Assembly (NCBI GenBank): GCA_043228905.1 | Contig: JBHGNT010000013.1 | Coordinates: 20,212,001-20,276,000 of the forward strand | Reading direction: 5' to 3' | DNA: 64,000 bases | Source: Azolla caroliniana | Lineage: Eukaryota; Plantae; Polypodiophyta | Shown: in pieces, positions 13,994-25,865 of the stretch | Layout: each line of letters opens with the position of its first letter | Numbering within the stretch: the first letter of the stretch is position 1 | Position numbers and translations under genes: made by a program | Notes under the pieces: generated by a model | The model's input: only the letters and a program-made list of their open reading frames with translations | Database searches by the model: none | Told to the model about the DNA's origin: nothing

Positions 13994-14080
13994 TTTTTTT
14001 TTTTTTTTCCACAAAAACTATACTCCATTGGTATTAAAATTAACAATGCCAAAGGCAATATACAATTTGTACATAATAGA
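13994..14080 (-). mobile_element. Short retroelement-like 3' tail (3'UTR + polyA) on the minus strand
   Basis: T15 run at 13994-14008. The adjacent sequence reverse-complements to TTGTATATTGCCTTTGGCATTGTTAATTTTAATACCAAT, which resembles 30552-30591. Confidence 0.5.
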
Positions 14081-14091
14081 ATAGTGAAACG

Positions 14092-15361
14092 ATGCAGCAA
14101 ACAGGAAAAGAACAGGTCGTGTATGGCGCAAGCAGTGCGACCACAGAAACATGTGATCCCAACACGAGCAGGAGGTCGATTGTGGACCAACCTCTTACTT
14201 CATTTGCAGCTGGATTGCATACGCGAGCAGGGGAGTCTAGTGCACGCCCCCAATTTTCGCCTCATTTCAATGATGAGACAATCGACCTAGTGTTATCGGA
14301 GGAGGATCGAGCTGTAGTTTTGGGCGAGGTACAGGGTTTGAGATTAAATAAATCAGAACTTCGGCATACTATGTACGCGGTTTTCTCGGAGGAAGCGGAT
14401 AAGATAATCGATATTCAATTCATGTCTCGGGATGTTACCATGTGGAATTTGCAAGTGACGAGGCCGTCACAAGGCTACTAGCAATTAAGGAGGCGGGCGT
14501 GGAAGGTGCATGGGTATCTTTTCATAAATGGTCTCATAATGTTAAGGTAGATGACATATTGCAAGATCAGGAATCTAGTATGGTGTTTATGGCGATATTC
14601 CCCGGATTAAGGAAGGAATGGAGGAATGTTCTTCCTTGTATTGGGACCTTGTTAGGTAAGCTCATTGTTACGTGTGAGGGACAGGTGGGTGGGGTACCTG
14701 TTGTTCGGTTGATCGCACCAATATCTGTTCGGTTGTCGTCAACTTTGCTTTACCTAACTTACTTATAAATAAATCACCAGTTGTGCAAAAGGTATATTAT
14801 CAAGGTTTACCTAATCAATGTTTTGTGTGTCGACGGTTTGGTCATTTAGGTAGAGATTGTTAGAAGCATCGGCCGAATGTTGAAGCACATGCACCTACTT
14901 GACCGAATGTTAATAATGAGGGCTAGTCTACAATTGCTGCTAAACATGTTTTTAAATCGACTAGTAAGTTGGTTAATCCAGTGTTATTACTTGAAGCTAA
15001 CCCTTATCACTCTTTGCAGGAAACGGAAAAGGAGGTGGGGATTAGTAAAGTGGATGGCAGTTTTTCCCTCCCAATTTTCACAAAAGAGCAACATAATTCG
15101 AAAGACACATTTTCGAAGGTACAAGATGTAGAATATGTTTTTAAGGTTAATAATCAATTTAGTAACGATAAACAACTATTTTTAGATCAAGTACAACAAA
15201 TTGATAGATCCGTAGCTTTCGAAGAGTTTAAAAAGAAAAAGACTGGGAAAGACATTTGGTCAAATAAGAGACAATTACGGGCCTCAGAGGATGGAAGGAA
15301 GGGTAGAGACGTTGCACTTGCCGAAAGGAGAGTAGGAGTGCAAAACGTGAATGATGGATAG
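14092..15361 (+). pseudogene. LINE ORF1 (DUF4283-like region + CCHC zinc knuckle), frameshifted
   Basis: ORF pieces 14092-14481, 14442-14768 and 14969-15361. CX2CX4HX4C knuckle. The stop overlaps the ORF2 start. Confidence 0.8.
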
Positions 15362-18300
15362 GTTAAATATTATTTCATGGAATGTACGGGGCTTGGGAGG
15401 CAAACATTACCTTAAAGTAAGGAGTGTTTTCCGTCGTCACTTAAGGAAGTCTTTGATAGGTAGAATTGATGTTCTTCTTATTCAAGAGCATCATTTAAAT
15501 GAACAAAGGATACAAAGATATGGAAATTTGTTGACAGGCCAGTGGAGACAGTTCTGGGTGCTTGCAACTGAGGATAATAATCTGAAGGCAGGACTTTGCA
15601 TTGCAATAAATGACATTTGGTGCTCTGCTTTCTTACATTACAGAGTCTTGACTTGTGGTAGAGGTCATTATGTAATTCTACAAATTGGTTTGAAAAATTG
15701 GGGTTTGTTGAATATATATGCACCTAATCATACTAAAGATAGAACGATATTTTGGAAGAGCCTAATGGCACAATTACCGGTTGTTGACCACTAGGCAATT
15801 GCAGGTGATTTTAATATGTCGGAGAATGGGTATGATAGGTTAGGAGGCACATCACAAACAATATCCGGTTTAGAATTATATGAATGGGAACGTTTAATTT
15901 TTTCTTTAGGTTTATTGGACTTGTGGCATGTGTCTTCTTTTGCAAGGATACAAGATTCCTTAGAGTATTCAAGATCAGATAGAAGACAGTCACATGCAAA
16001 TTTGTCTAGGTTAGATAGATTCTATGCTAATAAATTTTTATGGGACAAAGGAGGTTCCATTGGAATCATACCTTCATTTTCCTTTTCTGATCATGCACCG
16101 CTTTGGTTAGTTATAGTCTTACAGGAGCATTATAAGAACTCAAGGTTTAGAATTCTGAATCATGTGTTTCTTAGCCAAGATTGTTCTCCTATTGTGCATA
16201 ATATTTGGAATAAGTATGATTACTCCTAAGATTATGCATTATCTAGTGTCCAAAAGGCTATTAGTGAAACAAAACAATTTTTTAACAGTAAGGCTAAACA
16301 AGTATTTTATGCGTCTTTAACTAAAATAGGTAGGCTTCGTAGGGGATTGAAATTCCTGCAACATTTGCAAGAGAGAAGATCATATTCGAGTTATATAAGT
16401 TCTCGAGTGGTACAAGTAGGGAATCAAATATTGGACTTAGAAAAGATTTCTGTTGATTTTAATTATCACAATATATCATCCACATGGGCAAAATCGGGAG
16501 ATAAAGTGAATAAGTTGTTCTTTGCAGTGCATAATCATCATCAATCATCAACTAGGATTTCTAGATTAAAATGTCTTGATGGCTCCTATACCACTGATCC
16601 TAGTCAGATGCGACTAATAGCCTCTAATTATTATGAGGCTTTGTTAAAAGCTAGACCCTTTTCTAAGCCTGATTTGGTTAAGGGGGACATCATATCGTCT
16701 AGGATTCATAATAGGGTTTGTGGAAATCTTTTAGGTTGTCTTTTACAACCATTAAGTCCTCAAGAGGTTTTTAAAACAGTAAAAGCCCTTGCAAAGGATG
16801 TTTGTTCTAGTTTGGATGGGCTGTGAGTTCAATGGTATATCCAGTATTGGGATTTGATAGGTGATGGGTTGACCAAAGCCTATCAACATATTTTAGATTC
16901 TGGAAATATGCCACAAGAATGGAAGGAGGGTTTAATCTATATGATTCCTAAAACAAGTGGACAGTTAGAAGAGCTTAGCCATTGGAGACCAATCACCTTG
17001 TTGAATGTTATTTATAAGATATTAGTAAAAATGATAACTAGACGGTTACAACCAGACTGGTTTTTTACAAGAGCAAAGTATCTTTGATAATATTATTCTC
17101 TTTTGGGAAATGGTGACCTTCGCTGAACTGCAAAAGCAAGATCTGGCGGTGTTATTTCTTGATTTTGAAAAAGCTTACGACAGAGTGGACTGGGATTTTA
17201 TGGAGGGAACACTCTTCAGGATGAGTTTCCCAAGCACGTGGATACGAGGAGTTTCAACATTATATCGTAATGCAAATAATTCTCTCTTATTTGCAGGGGA
17301 CATTGGTAGGCGGTTTTCTATTTCAAGATCTGTACGGTAGGGATGTCCACTTGCTCCTTTCCTGTTTTTGCTAGTATCTAAAGCATTTTCTGTACATTTA
17401 AATTCTCAATATGTAAATATTAAAGGTTTAGCACTACCAGTGGCAAATGTTGGTGTGGATAGCAAATTCGTTGATGATACAACTTTATATGTTCAGGCCT
17501 CCCATTGTAATTTGTTATAGGTGCAAAAGGCCGTGGATGATTTCTCAGATGCATTAGGTGCATTGATAAATTGGGATAAATCATCAGGTTTTTGGGTTGC
17601 TTCGGGAGATTTGCCAGTTAATGTACCTTCCTTAGGATTCACATGGATACCTCAAGGTCAGTCTATTAGGTATCTAGGTTGTTGAGTGGGTGTGGGATTA
17701 AAGACAGAATATATGATTGTGCCCTTATTGTTAAGATTAAGAAATAAATTAGTTATTGGAATAAAGAAAAATTATCCTTAGCTGGACGGGTAGTTGTAGC
17801 TAATTCAGTGTTGTTGTCCTCGATTTGGTATATAGCTACATGGTTGTTTTCTAGGTCAATAATGTTGAAAGTTCAACGTTTAGTACGGAATTTTATTTAG
17901 GGGAACAATAGGTCAGACAATTTTGTAGCAAAGGTAGCTTGGTCTGTTCTAATACAACTTAAACAAAAAGGAGGTTTAGGTTTGATTGATCCATTTATGC
18001 AAAGCAAAGCTTTACTTACTAAACATGTTGTTAGGAGTTTATTGCTAGGAGAGGAGTTATGGAAACAACTATGGATTCAGCATTTACATAAGGTCAAGCC
18101 TTTAATAGGTGGTCAATGGAAGGATAGTCTTAGATGGTTCTTTAATGCAGATTTCCAGCTACCTAAGTCCAATGATGGATCGTTGCGTTTCTTCAATGGA
18201 ATTTTTCGGGCATGGGAAAGTCTTCGGCAAGCACTTGTTTTCTTGCCACCGAAAAGCTATCATCAATTTATGCGTCAACCATTGATATGGAATCCTTTAT

Positions 18301-19665
18301 TTATTGATGAAGCTCCGTGTGTTTTGGGTTTACCCCCTAGGTATCATGGGCTACAATGGACAATGGACCAGCTCGTACGGTTGCGGATTGGATAAAGTTT
18401 ATGCAGTCCTCTACACAGGATCAAAGGAATAGGTTATCTAACTTAAGAGGGGCTCAGATCATGTTATCACAATTTTCCACGGTGTATCAGGTCACAGTGC
18501 CAACATTGCAATTCGATCATTTTCAGAGTTGGTACGATATGTTCTCGACACTCAATATACTCATAGGAGCTCGGTTATATCATCAAAATGGCAGCCTCTA
18601 TTTTTATGAAGTTTTGGACAATGGTAGGTTGATACTAGTGGATGAGGAGTCTCCAATCATGTCCGTTGCGAAGCAATTGCCAGTGTGAGTAATTGCTAGA
18701 TTAGATAAAAATATATATATATATTGATCCTAGTCCACTAATTGCTAATTTCTCATCTCATATTTTAGTATTAGACTCTAAACCAATTGATGACCTGCAG
18801 TGGGATCCAATGGATTATGGTTGGAAATTGTCCATGTTTGACTCTTCGACTAATGTCCTTCCTTTCTTCACATATTCAGTGGCATTTGGCAGGAATTTTA
18901 TGTTGAAGCAGACCGAGGTGATACCTGCTAGAAAAAAGTATTGGGAGGAAGGTAATGTTTCATCTGCTCATATGGTGATGTTTTGGAAACAGTTTTGATC
19001 AATTAAATGCATGAATAAGATATTGCATTTTCGGTGGTTGATGATTCATTATGCATTGCCAGTAGGTGATTTGTTGAGGGGATCGGTGAGTAATCGGTCA
19101 TATATTATGTGGTTTTGGATACATGGCACATTACTCGACATGTAAAGCAGTGGTGTCGAGTTTTAGATGCAAGATGGCATTCTCATGTACAAAGATATTT
19201 CTTTGTTGTGAGATGGTCGGTGGGTTGCCTTTGGCGATGGCTTTAAAAGGAAGTCGTATTTTGAATGGGACATGTTTTTTTGTAAAGTGGTTGGTGAAGA
19301 TGATAAACATAGATTCATTACATGCTTGATTATTAAAGCCATTTGGGTGGTTATATCACAACTTCGGGCATTAGTAACAAGAAGTGGGGTTTCATTGATG
19401 TTGTTAGAGCTTTACCAACCCCATCGTATAATGTGGTGTTTGACCACCTTAGGTATTGTGGGGCATGCTTTAACGAGACCATGAGAATGGGTTCTTGTTT
19501 GATGGACTTTGTGGGGTTCCATAACAACTCCTTAAACTAAAAGGAATGATGATTTGGCAATTTTCGTAGCTAAGTTGTATGGGGACATTGTCTCGAGATG
19601 AGGTAGATTTATGTCATCTAGTAATACAACACTTGAGAGGGTTTACCTTGCCATATCGCTACTAA
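15351..19665 (+). pseudogene. LINE ORF2 (endonuclease - reverse transcriptase - zf-RVT-like C-terminus), disrupted
   Basis: EN and RT motifs as above; KLSLAGRVVVANSVLLSSIWY; KGGLGLIDP; C-terminal FWKQF.SIKCMNKILHFRWLMIHYALPVG. Confidence 0.88.
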
Positions 19666-19669
19666 TGAA

Positions 19670-20800
19670 GTAGTGGGGGTAGCAAGGGTTGTATTATCAC
19701 TTGGTTTATAACAAACATAGATTTATAAGAAGAAGAGAGATCATTAATCATACATTACAACCTTACACCTTTGATTGTAGGTAAAAGTTACCTACAACAC
19801 TTGGGAAGTGCACCAGTCAGAGTGGTTACTAAAATTGGAAAGAAATGGATGCTTGATCCTTATCCTTCAATTGCTCATATGTGTGATATGTTGTGGTTAT
19901 ATGCAAAAGACCCGGTTGCAAGATTAACATGGGATTCGAGGGGTTGGTTTTGATCACATTCCTTGGGAGATCCGATCATAATGGTTCCCTTCTTTCAGTA
20001 CTTAGTAAAACTTGGAAGATCATTACTGCTCTCTCGGAATGCAAGGATACCAGTAGCTCATAAACATTGGCCCACCTGGGGGGGTCTCAACTTTGCATAT
20101 AAAAACCTATTGGAGATGGATTTGGTCATTGAAGAGGCCAACTAAATTTATTCTCTTCATATGGCTATTAGTGCATACAGAATTACCAATTGGTCACTCA
20201 TTGAAAGGGAATGTAACACCCAATCTTCGACAATGTGGCTTTTGCCATGAAGCTCAAGAGACTACCAAGTATGCCCCCTGGTCATGATGCCCCTTGGCTC
20301 AACAAGTATGGAATAAAGTTCTTTTGTTATTTTTAACAATCAATGTCGGCTGCCTATTTTCATGGGGATCAGCGATGTGGGGAGTGTTACATTCCAGTTT
20401 GATGTTGTATGAGGCAAACGATGTTCAGGAGGCAATGATGGTACATAATAGAAGATTGATATTAGTCAGCCCCTTTCAACAACCTCGAAAGTAGGTGCAA
20501 TCTGTCTAGGTATGGAAAATAGTGACTAAAATAATGCTATGGGCATTATGGAAATGTCGATGCAACCGACTTTATATGTGGCAGATCAACGTCTCTCATA
20601 TGTCCTGCTTGCAATATGGGAGAACTTGCTGGCAGTAGTTCGCAACCAATATGACAACATGCAAGGTTCACCAAAGACTGTGAACAAGAGAAAGACTAAG
20701 CTTCTTCACTTATGGAAAAGTCACCCCTGTTTACAAAGTCAACTCAAGGGCCTCAATGGAACTATCAACTTCCATGAACCCTTTCTTGAATACCAATGAA
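19670..20800 (+). pseudogene. Second, divergent copy of the LINE ORF2 C-terminal (zf-RVT-like) module
   Basis: PVRVVTK..MLDPYP..LTWDSRGW..VPFFQY..LGR..YWRWIWSLKRPTKFILFIWLLVHTELPIG..CGFCHEAQETTKY..AQQVWNKV..LWALWKCRC parallels 18680-19500. Confidence 0.7.
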
Positions 20801-23389
20801 TCATGGCAGTGTAGGAGCAAATGCCAACACCTTTTACAAAGTTCTATCTTTGGTCTTAGGATTAATGTACATCATTGTACATGAAAAATTGTAAGCTTTT
20901 GGGTAGACCAACTCAATTTGAAGCATTCAAATGTTTTTTCTTAATACTACTGAAGAAAATCTTTGAGGGGAAAAAAAAAAGATCACTAATCTAAAATGTA
21001 TCTTTAGAAAACTAGCTTATGGTATATTGAATCCTTGGAAGGCATTGGGTTCTACATATCTATTAGTAGCTACTCTAGATATAATAATTTTCACAATCTC
21101 ATTATGATTCCTTGACTAACACTCGAGCTAATGGAATAAAGACATACACATTTTCTTTGGTGAATGTTAGTAGTTGAAACTTGAGACATCAACTTTGCAT
21201 AGATTCATAGATTTAGGTGAAACTAGAATATCCTGAAAAATAAAATATCATCATCGTTTCTAAAAATGATTCATAATGATCCACTTCTCAGAAGGAAACA
21301 TTTTCCTCCATGGTAGGTTTCTTTGTATGGTTTGGTGGTCAATTGAATATTTTACTACCTAGTCTTGGATGATTTTAGGAAATCTAGTTGTCATTACTCA
21401 AACAATCTTGAAACATATGCTAGCAATTTTTTATAAGTCAAATTGGCTATATCTTCATTGGAATATACATAATGATAACCTATGCCCTTATCCATATAAT
21501 GATTGACCTTAGAACTTTTGATTGTGTTGGGCTATTTAGTTTGAGAAATGGAAATGATCATTTCTAGATTATATGACATCATAGACACAAGGTCTTGTTC
21601 TAACAATCTTTTTGGTTTTACGTTTCACCATCCCTTGGATATATTTTTCAGATACTAGCTTTTTTTGCAAACTTTATCACTTTTGGGATACGATGGAAAG
21701 CTTGTGTTGCATCCATTAGTTTGGATAGCACTTGCCATATCTTCATATCTCTTTATCATTGAACTTGGACTCCACCTTTCTCTTTATCATTGTTTCCTAC
21801 CCCTTGGTTTTTGAAAAATATGGTGATTATTCACCTCAACAATTTCATATCATTCCAAGGGTATCTAAAACACAAATCGGATGGCATCATGAAGCTTTGG
21901 TAGAGTTTCTACCAGCATCAATTGCATTTGTAAGTTTTTTTTTCGTTGTCATTTTTACTCCTATGGAATCTATATAGTCTATTGTCTAATCTCTTTCCTT
22001 GCTAATTTATTTTTAAGAAAAACAAAAACTTAGAATTAGTGTATTCTTAAATTCATTGAAACAATTTATTTGAGTTTGATTAATAAATCAAAAGGTTAGA
22101 TTGATAATTTAAATGTACTTACATTATGAGTAACATGATCCGTCTAAGTTGTTTAGATTTTTTTATCAATGGAACAAGGGACAATAGGTGTCTTTCTATC
22201 TTTTTGGATTAATGGTCTTCATTTTTTGTAAACGAATACAATATAGGTTCTCTAAGTGTTGCTAAAATCAACTGAAATTCTTTTCGAAACCAAGAGTTGT
22301 GCAAAACTAGAGTGTCATGCGGGTCTGAAGGAGCACACAAATTGAAAATCTTCTTTTAAACTCTAACTCTTCCACCAAGGCTCATATTTGGAAAGGTAAA
22401 CATGGAGTTCATAAAACAATTGTTCATGTTTTAGTGAGTTCCAATCTTACCACTATTACATTTTGGATTGTATAGGATAAACAATGCCTCAATGTTCTAC
22501 CAATGCTTTGAGATTCAAGGGTACTCACAAGAGTACACCATATACAACCCCAATTGTAGTGGAGAATGCAATATGGTGTTGAAGACAAAAGATCCTAAGG
22601 TCAAATAGTGAACTTTGATTGGATAACAATATACTTCTCTATATTTCGTGTTAGCAAAGGTCAAGCATCTATAAAAACCAAACAGACTCTCTTTTGATTA
22701 AAGAAGATGGTGGGAATAGAGAATGGATTTCATGCTCCAAGTAAAAGAGTGACCATAAGTAAAACAAAATAACTTTACTTGAATAAGGACAATGCAACGA
22801 TCAACGATGGAGAGGAGGATCAAAGCAACAATTCTTAAATATAACAAGAATGTGCAACAATGATCTTATGCATGTCTAAGCTTCAAATGTAAGAACTATG
22901 ATTTTTCATGGATTCCAATAGGGTATCTATTTCACCCCAAGATAAGGGTACCTATGCCAGGAGTAATGCCTATAACTTAATGTGGTATCCACACATGGCA
23001 CATGCCCACTCTAATCGATATCCTATCCATAGTGCAATCTATTGAGGGCAGCTGTGTGTGTCTTTTGGCCATAGGGCAAGTAAAAGAGAAATTTAATGGA
23101 TGTTTTGCTTGTCTTCTTCAATGGTCGCATCCGTGTGTTCGAACTCCGAACGAGGAGAGGAGCATTGCGCCAGGCATGTATGATGTATTATGTGCATATG
23201 CATATGTATGTTCATTGGTTCCAGTAAACTTTGGAACTTAGAGATGGAGAGACACCACCTCGTTTTGAAGGTGTGAAACCATAAACGCATGTATGTAGAA
23301 ATTTTGAAAAAAAGGAATGAAAGGTGGGAAGGAAAGCATTAAAAGCTTTCTATATTTACTCTCCCTTCTTCAAGACAGAAGAGTCAAGG

Positions 23390-23419
23390 TTAGGGTTAGG
23401 GTTAGGGTTAGGGTTAGGG
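23390..23419 (+). repeat. (TTAGGG)5 telomere-like repeat at the start of a probable 5'UTR intron (23389-23447)
   Basis: CAAG|GTTAGGGTTAGGG... followed by TTTCTGCAG|GCATG. Confidence 0.8.
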
Positions 23420-23449
23420 TTTTGGATTTTTATAGGGTTTTCTGCAGGC

Positions 23450-25309
23450 ATGGGGTTCACCTCCTTCTTCGGCCGTCTTCTTTTCTCTTCGATTTTCATC
23501 CTTTCGGCTTGGCACAAGTAAACTCTGTCCTCCCTGCCTTTTTTTTTCCTTATTGCTTTTCGCTTTTATCTGTTTATCGTATTTTATTTGTTATGTTGTT
23601 TTTGTCTTCTTTCTTCTGACTGTGATGGATCAAATCAAAGTTGCGTCTTACTCATCTACGGTTTTTAATTGTTTTTGTTTTTAGGGTTTTACCTTGTTCT
23701 TTTTATTATCTGGTAAGATAATTGTGAGCTTATGATCAATGATTTCTGAAAGAAGTATTATGTTGCGATTGAATTGTGCCAAAGGAATATAAAGCTTTCT
23801 TTTTATTTGCTTGATTTGTGAATGCCAAAATGTTGTTAAAGCATTTTCGTGATTAAATGTATTATGTGGCAATATCATATTTTATGAGATATTACATTAT
23901 TCTATGATTTCTATATGGCTACATGAAGGAATTATACCACATCAATAAACTTGTGCGAATTTATATTTTGTAACCTATATCTACGACTGTATCGTATCAA
24001 GCAGAATCAATGATTTTGGACATGATGGAGGGAGCATTTTGAAGGCGATGGAGCCGAAGATCACTACTCTACGGAGTCATGTTAATTCTTTTGGCATTTT
24101 ACTGCCTGAGATTGAGGTATATATAAAAATCGCGATTATTCTAATTGAAATGACTCCCGAATGCCCTTGGCCAACCCCTGTCTCTCGAGGTTGACAAGCA
24201 ACATTTGGAGACATAACAGGAACTTTTAAGTTAGGGTCTTTCAGTGGACATATGAAAAGCTTGAGAGGGTGCAATCCCAAAGTTTTTGCACGCATTCATA
24301 ATCCATATGAAACGCCAAACAATAATTTATCTACAATTGCAATCCATACAAATGACAGATTTACAATTACAAATGCTTATCGGGGATTTTTTTTGTTTGT
24401 TTCATTATATTCCAAGACAATTCTTTTGTTTATACAATTGGTAGCATTTGTTTTGTAGCTCAAACACATGGTTATTGGATGGATAGCATTGGAAGGTCTT
24501 GGCGGAATACTTTTCACACTCGGATCTAGTCTTGGAGCTTATTCGCTGGTACTGGTTTTCTTTACATTTGTCAGATAATTCCTCCCAGAAAAGAACTTTG
24601 GTACTTTAACAAATGCACTAATTTCTTCACGAAAGTTTTTCACACTGAAACCATTAATTATTCTCTTAAATGATATGTAAATTGAGTCAAATTTTGCTTT
24701 TTGAATTGTAAAAAATTATTTTGATTTTTGTTTCAAGATTGTGACCTTTTTTATTTGTGTCAAAAGAATTTGGAAATGGAAATTCAGTTTGTAATACAAC
24801 ATAGATCAGGTTTTTATTTTAAACACTTTTTTAAATTATGTGGATTAGTTTTGTGATTCTCTTATCAGTTGATATTCCTGGCGGTTTTCACGCCTATTAT
24901 GCACGACTTCTACAATTATGCACCGTCAACCTCACAATATGCTGAAGAATTTTACAAGTTTTTAACGGTGAATATGAAAACTCGCATCTTTTCATTTTCT
25001 TCAATAGTTTCTGAATTTTTTTAATGACTGTTTAACTCGCATCTTTCCATTTTCTTCAATAGTTTCTGAAATTTTTTAATCATTATGTTTTGAGTTTGAG
25101 GATTGTATGCCAAAACTAGATTTTTTATGTGAAAGTTTTGATCCATTGTGTTAAGTTAATTGTATGATCAATTTTCTATTATTAAAGTTAAAAGTTTGAT
25201 TCCAATATAGAACCTCTCGCTCTTTGGAGCCCTTCTCTTCTTCTTGGGAGCAAACAATCATGGATCCAAGAAGTCAAAGAAGAGAGTCATTAAAACAAAG
25301 GCGAATTGA
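23450..25309 (+). CDS. HR-like lesion-inducing family membrane protein (155 aa, 5 exons)
   Basis: Exons 23450-23517, 24005-24116, 24459-24548, 24869-24967 and 25211-25309, all GT-AG and in frame: MGFTSFFGRLLFSSIFILSAWHKINDFGHDGG..PK..LPEIELKH..LEGLGGILF..SSLGAYSLL..TPIMHDFYNY..F..NLSLFGALLFFLG..KKRVIKTKAN*. Confidence 0.93.
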
Positions 25310-25529
25310 AGGAAGGGGCCATAAAGTGGTTGAATTCCAGAGGAAGAGCACCGAAGAGCACCAATTTCCAGAGTTTTGTTTTGTATGTGGAAAATAAGCC
25401 TCCAATACTTCAGTGTCCCTTTGTCTGACACTTTTTCTGCTCGGAGTTTTGTGTAGTGTGCACATTTTTGCATCAATTTTGTAGGTTGAACCTTGTGATA
25501 TAGCATACTTTTTGGGGTTTCTTACATCC

Positions 25530-25865
25530 CTTGAAGATGCTCACAACCATATAGAAATTATGTATTTTGCTTTGTATATTGTAATATCTGGTGCATTATA
25601 ACTTATGCCCCTCAAAAATATTGCAAATACTTGCCTTCCTATGTATGGATTGATTGTGCTTAAGACATTGTAATATGTGATATTAGCAACATGTTGTGTT
25701 TTGGCCCTTGAAAATGTTCACAACCTTATAGGGCTTATGGATTGTTTTATATATTGTAATATCTGGGTGCACGATAACTATGGCCCTCAAAAGTATTTCA
25801 AATACTTGACTTCTAATGTATGTACTGATAGTGCTTTCGATATTGTAATATGTGATATTAGCAAA
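25530..25865. repeat. Diverged ~175-bp tandem duplication downstream of the lesion-inducing gene
   Basis: TATATTGTAATATCTGG..CCCTCAAAA..CAAATACTTG..ATTGTAATATGTGATATTAGCAA occurs twice. Confidence 0.75.

Larger units (their letters stand above)
14092..20980 (+). mobile_element. Near full-length degenerate L1-clade LINE (ORF1, EN-RT ORF2, duplicated C-terminal module, polyA)
   Basis: ORF1 remnants with zinc knuckle CFVCRRFGHLGRDC (~14819-14860). APE endonuclease (IISWNVRGLG, LLIQEH, NIYAPN, GDFN, SRLDRFY, SDHAP). RT (WRPITLLNVIYKIL, LDFEKAYDRVDW, GCPLAPFLF, FVDDT at ~17467). A10 tail at 20971-20980. Many stops and frameshifts. Confidence 0.93.

Noticed and set aside
21300-22700. Possible Gypsy integrase C-terminal remnants
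   Set aside because: Only faint motif resemblance, with inconsistent strand, so it cannot be supported without a search.
23120-23175. B-box-like GTTCGAACTCC suggesting a tRNA/SINE
   Set aside because: No cloverleaf or convincing A-box could be formed.
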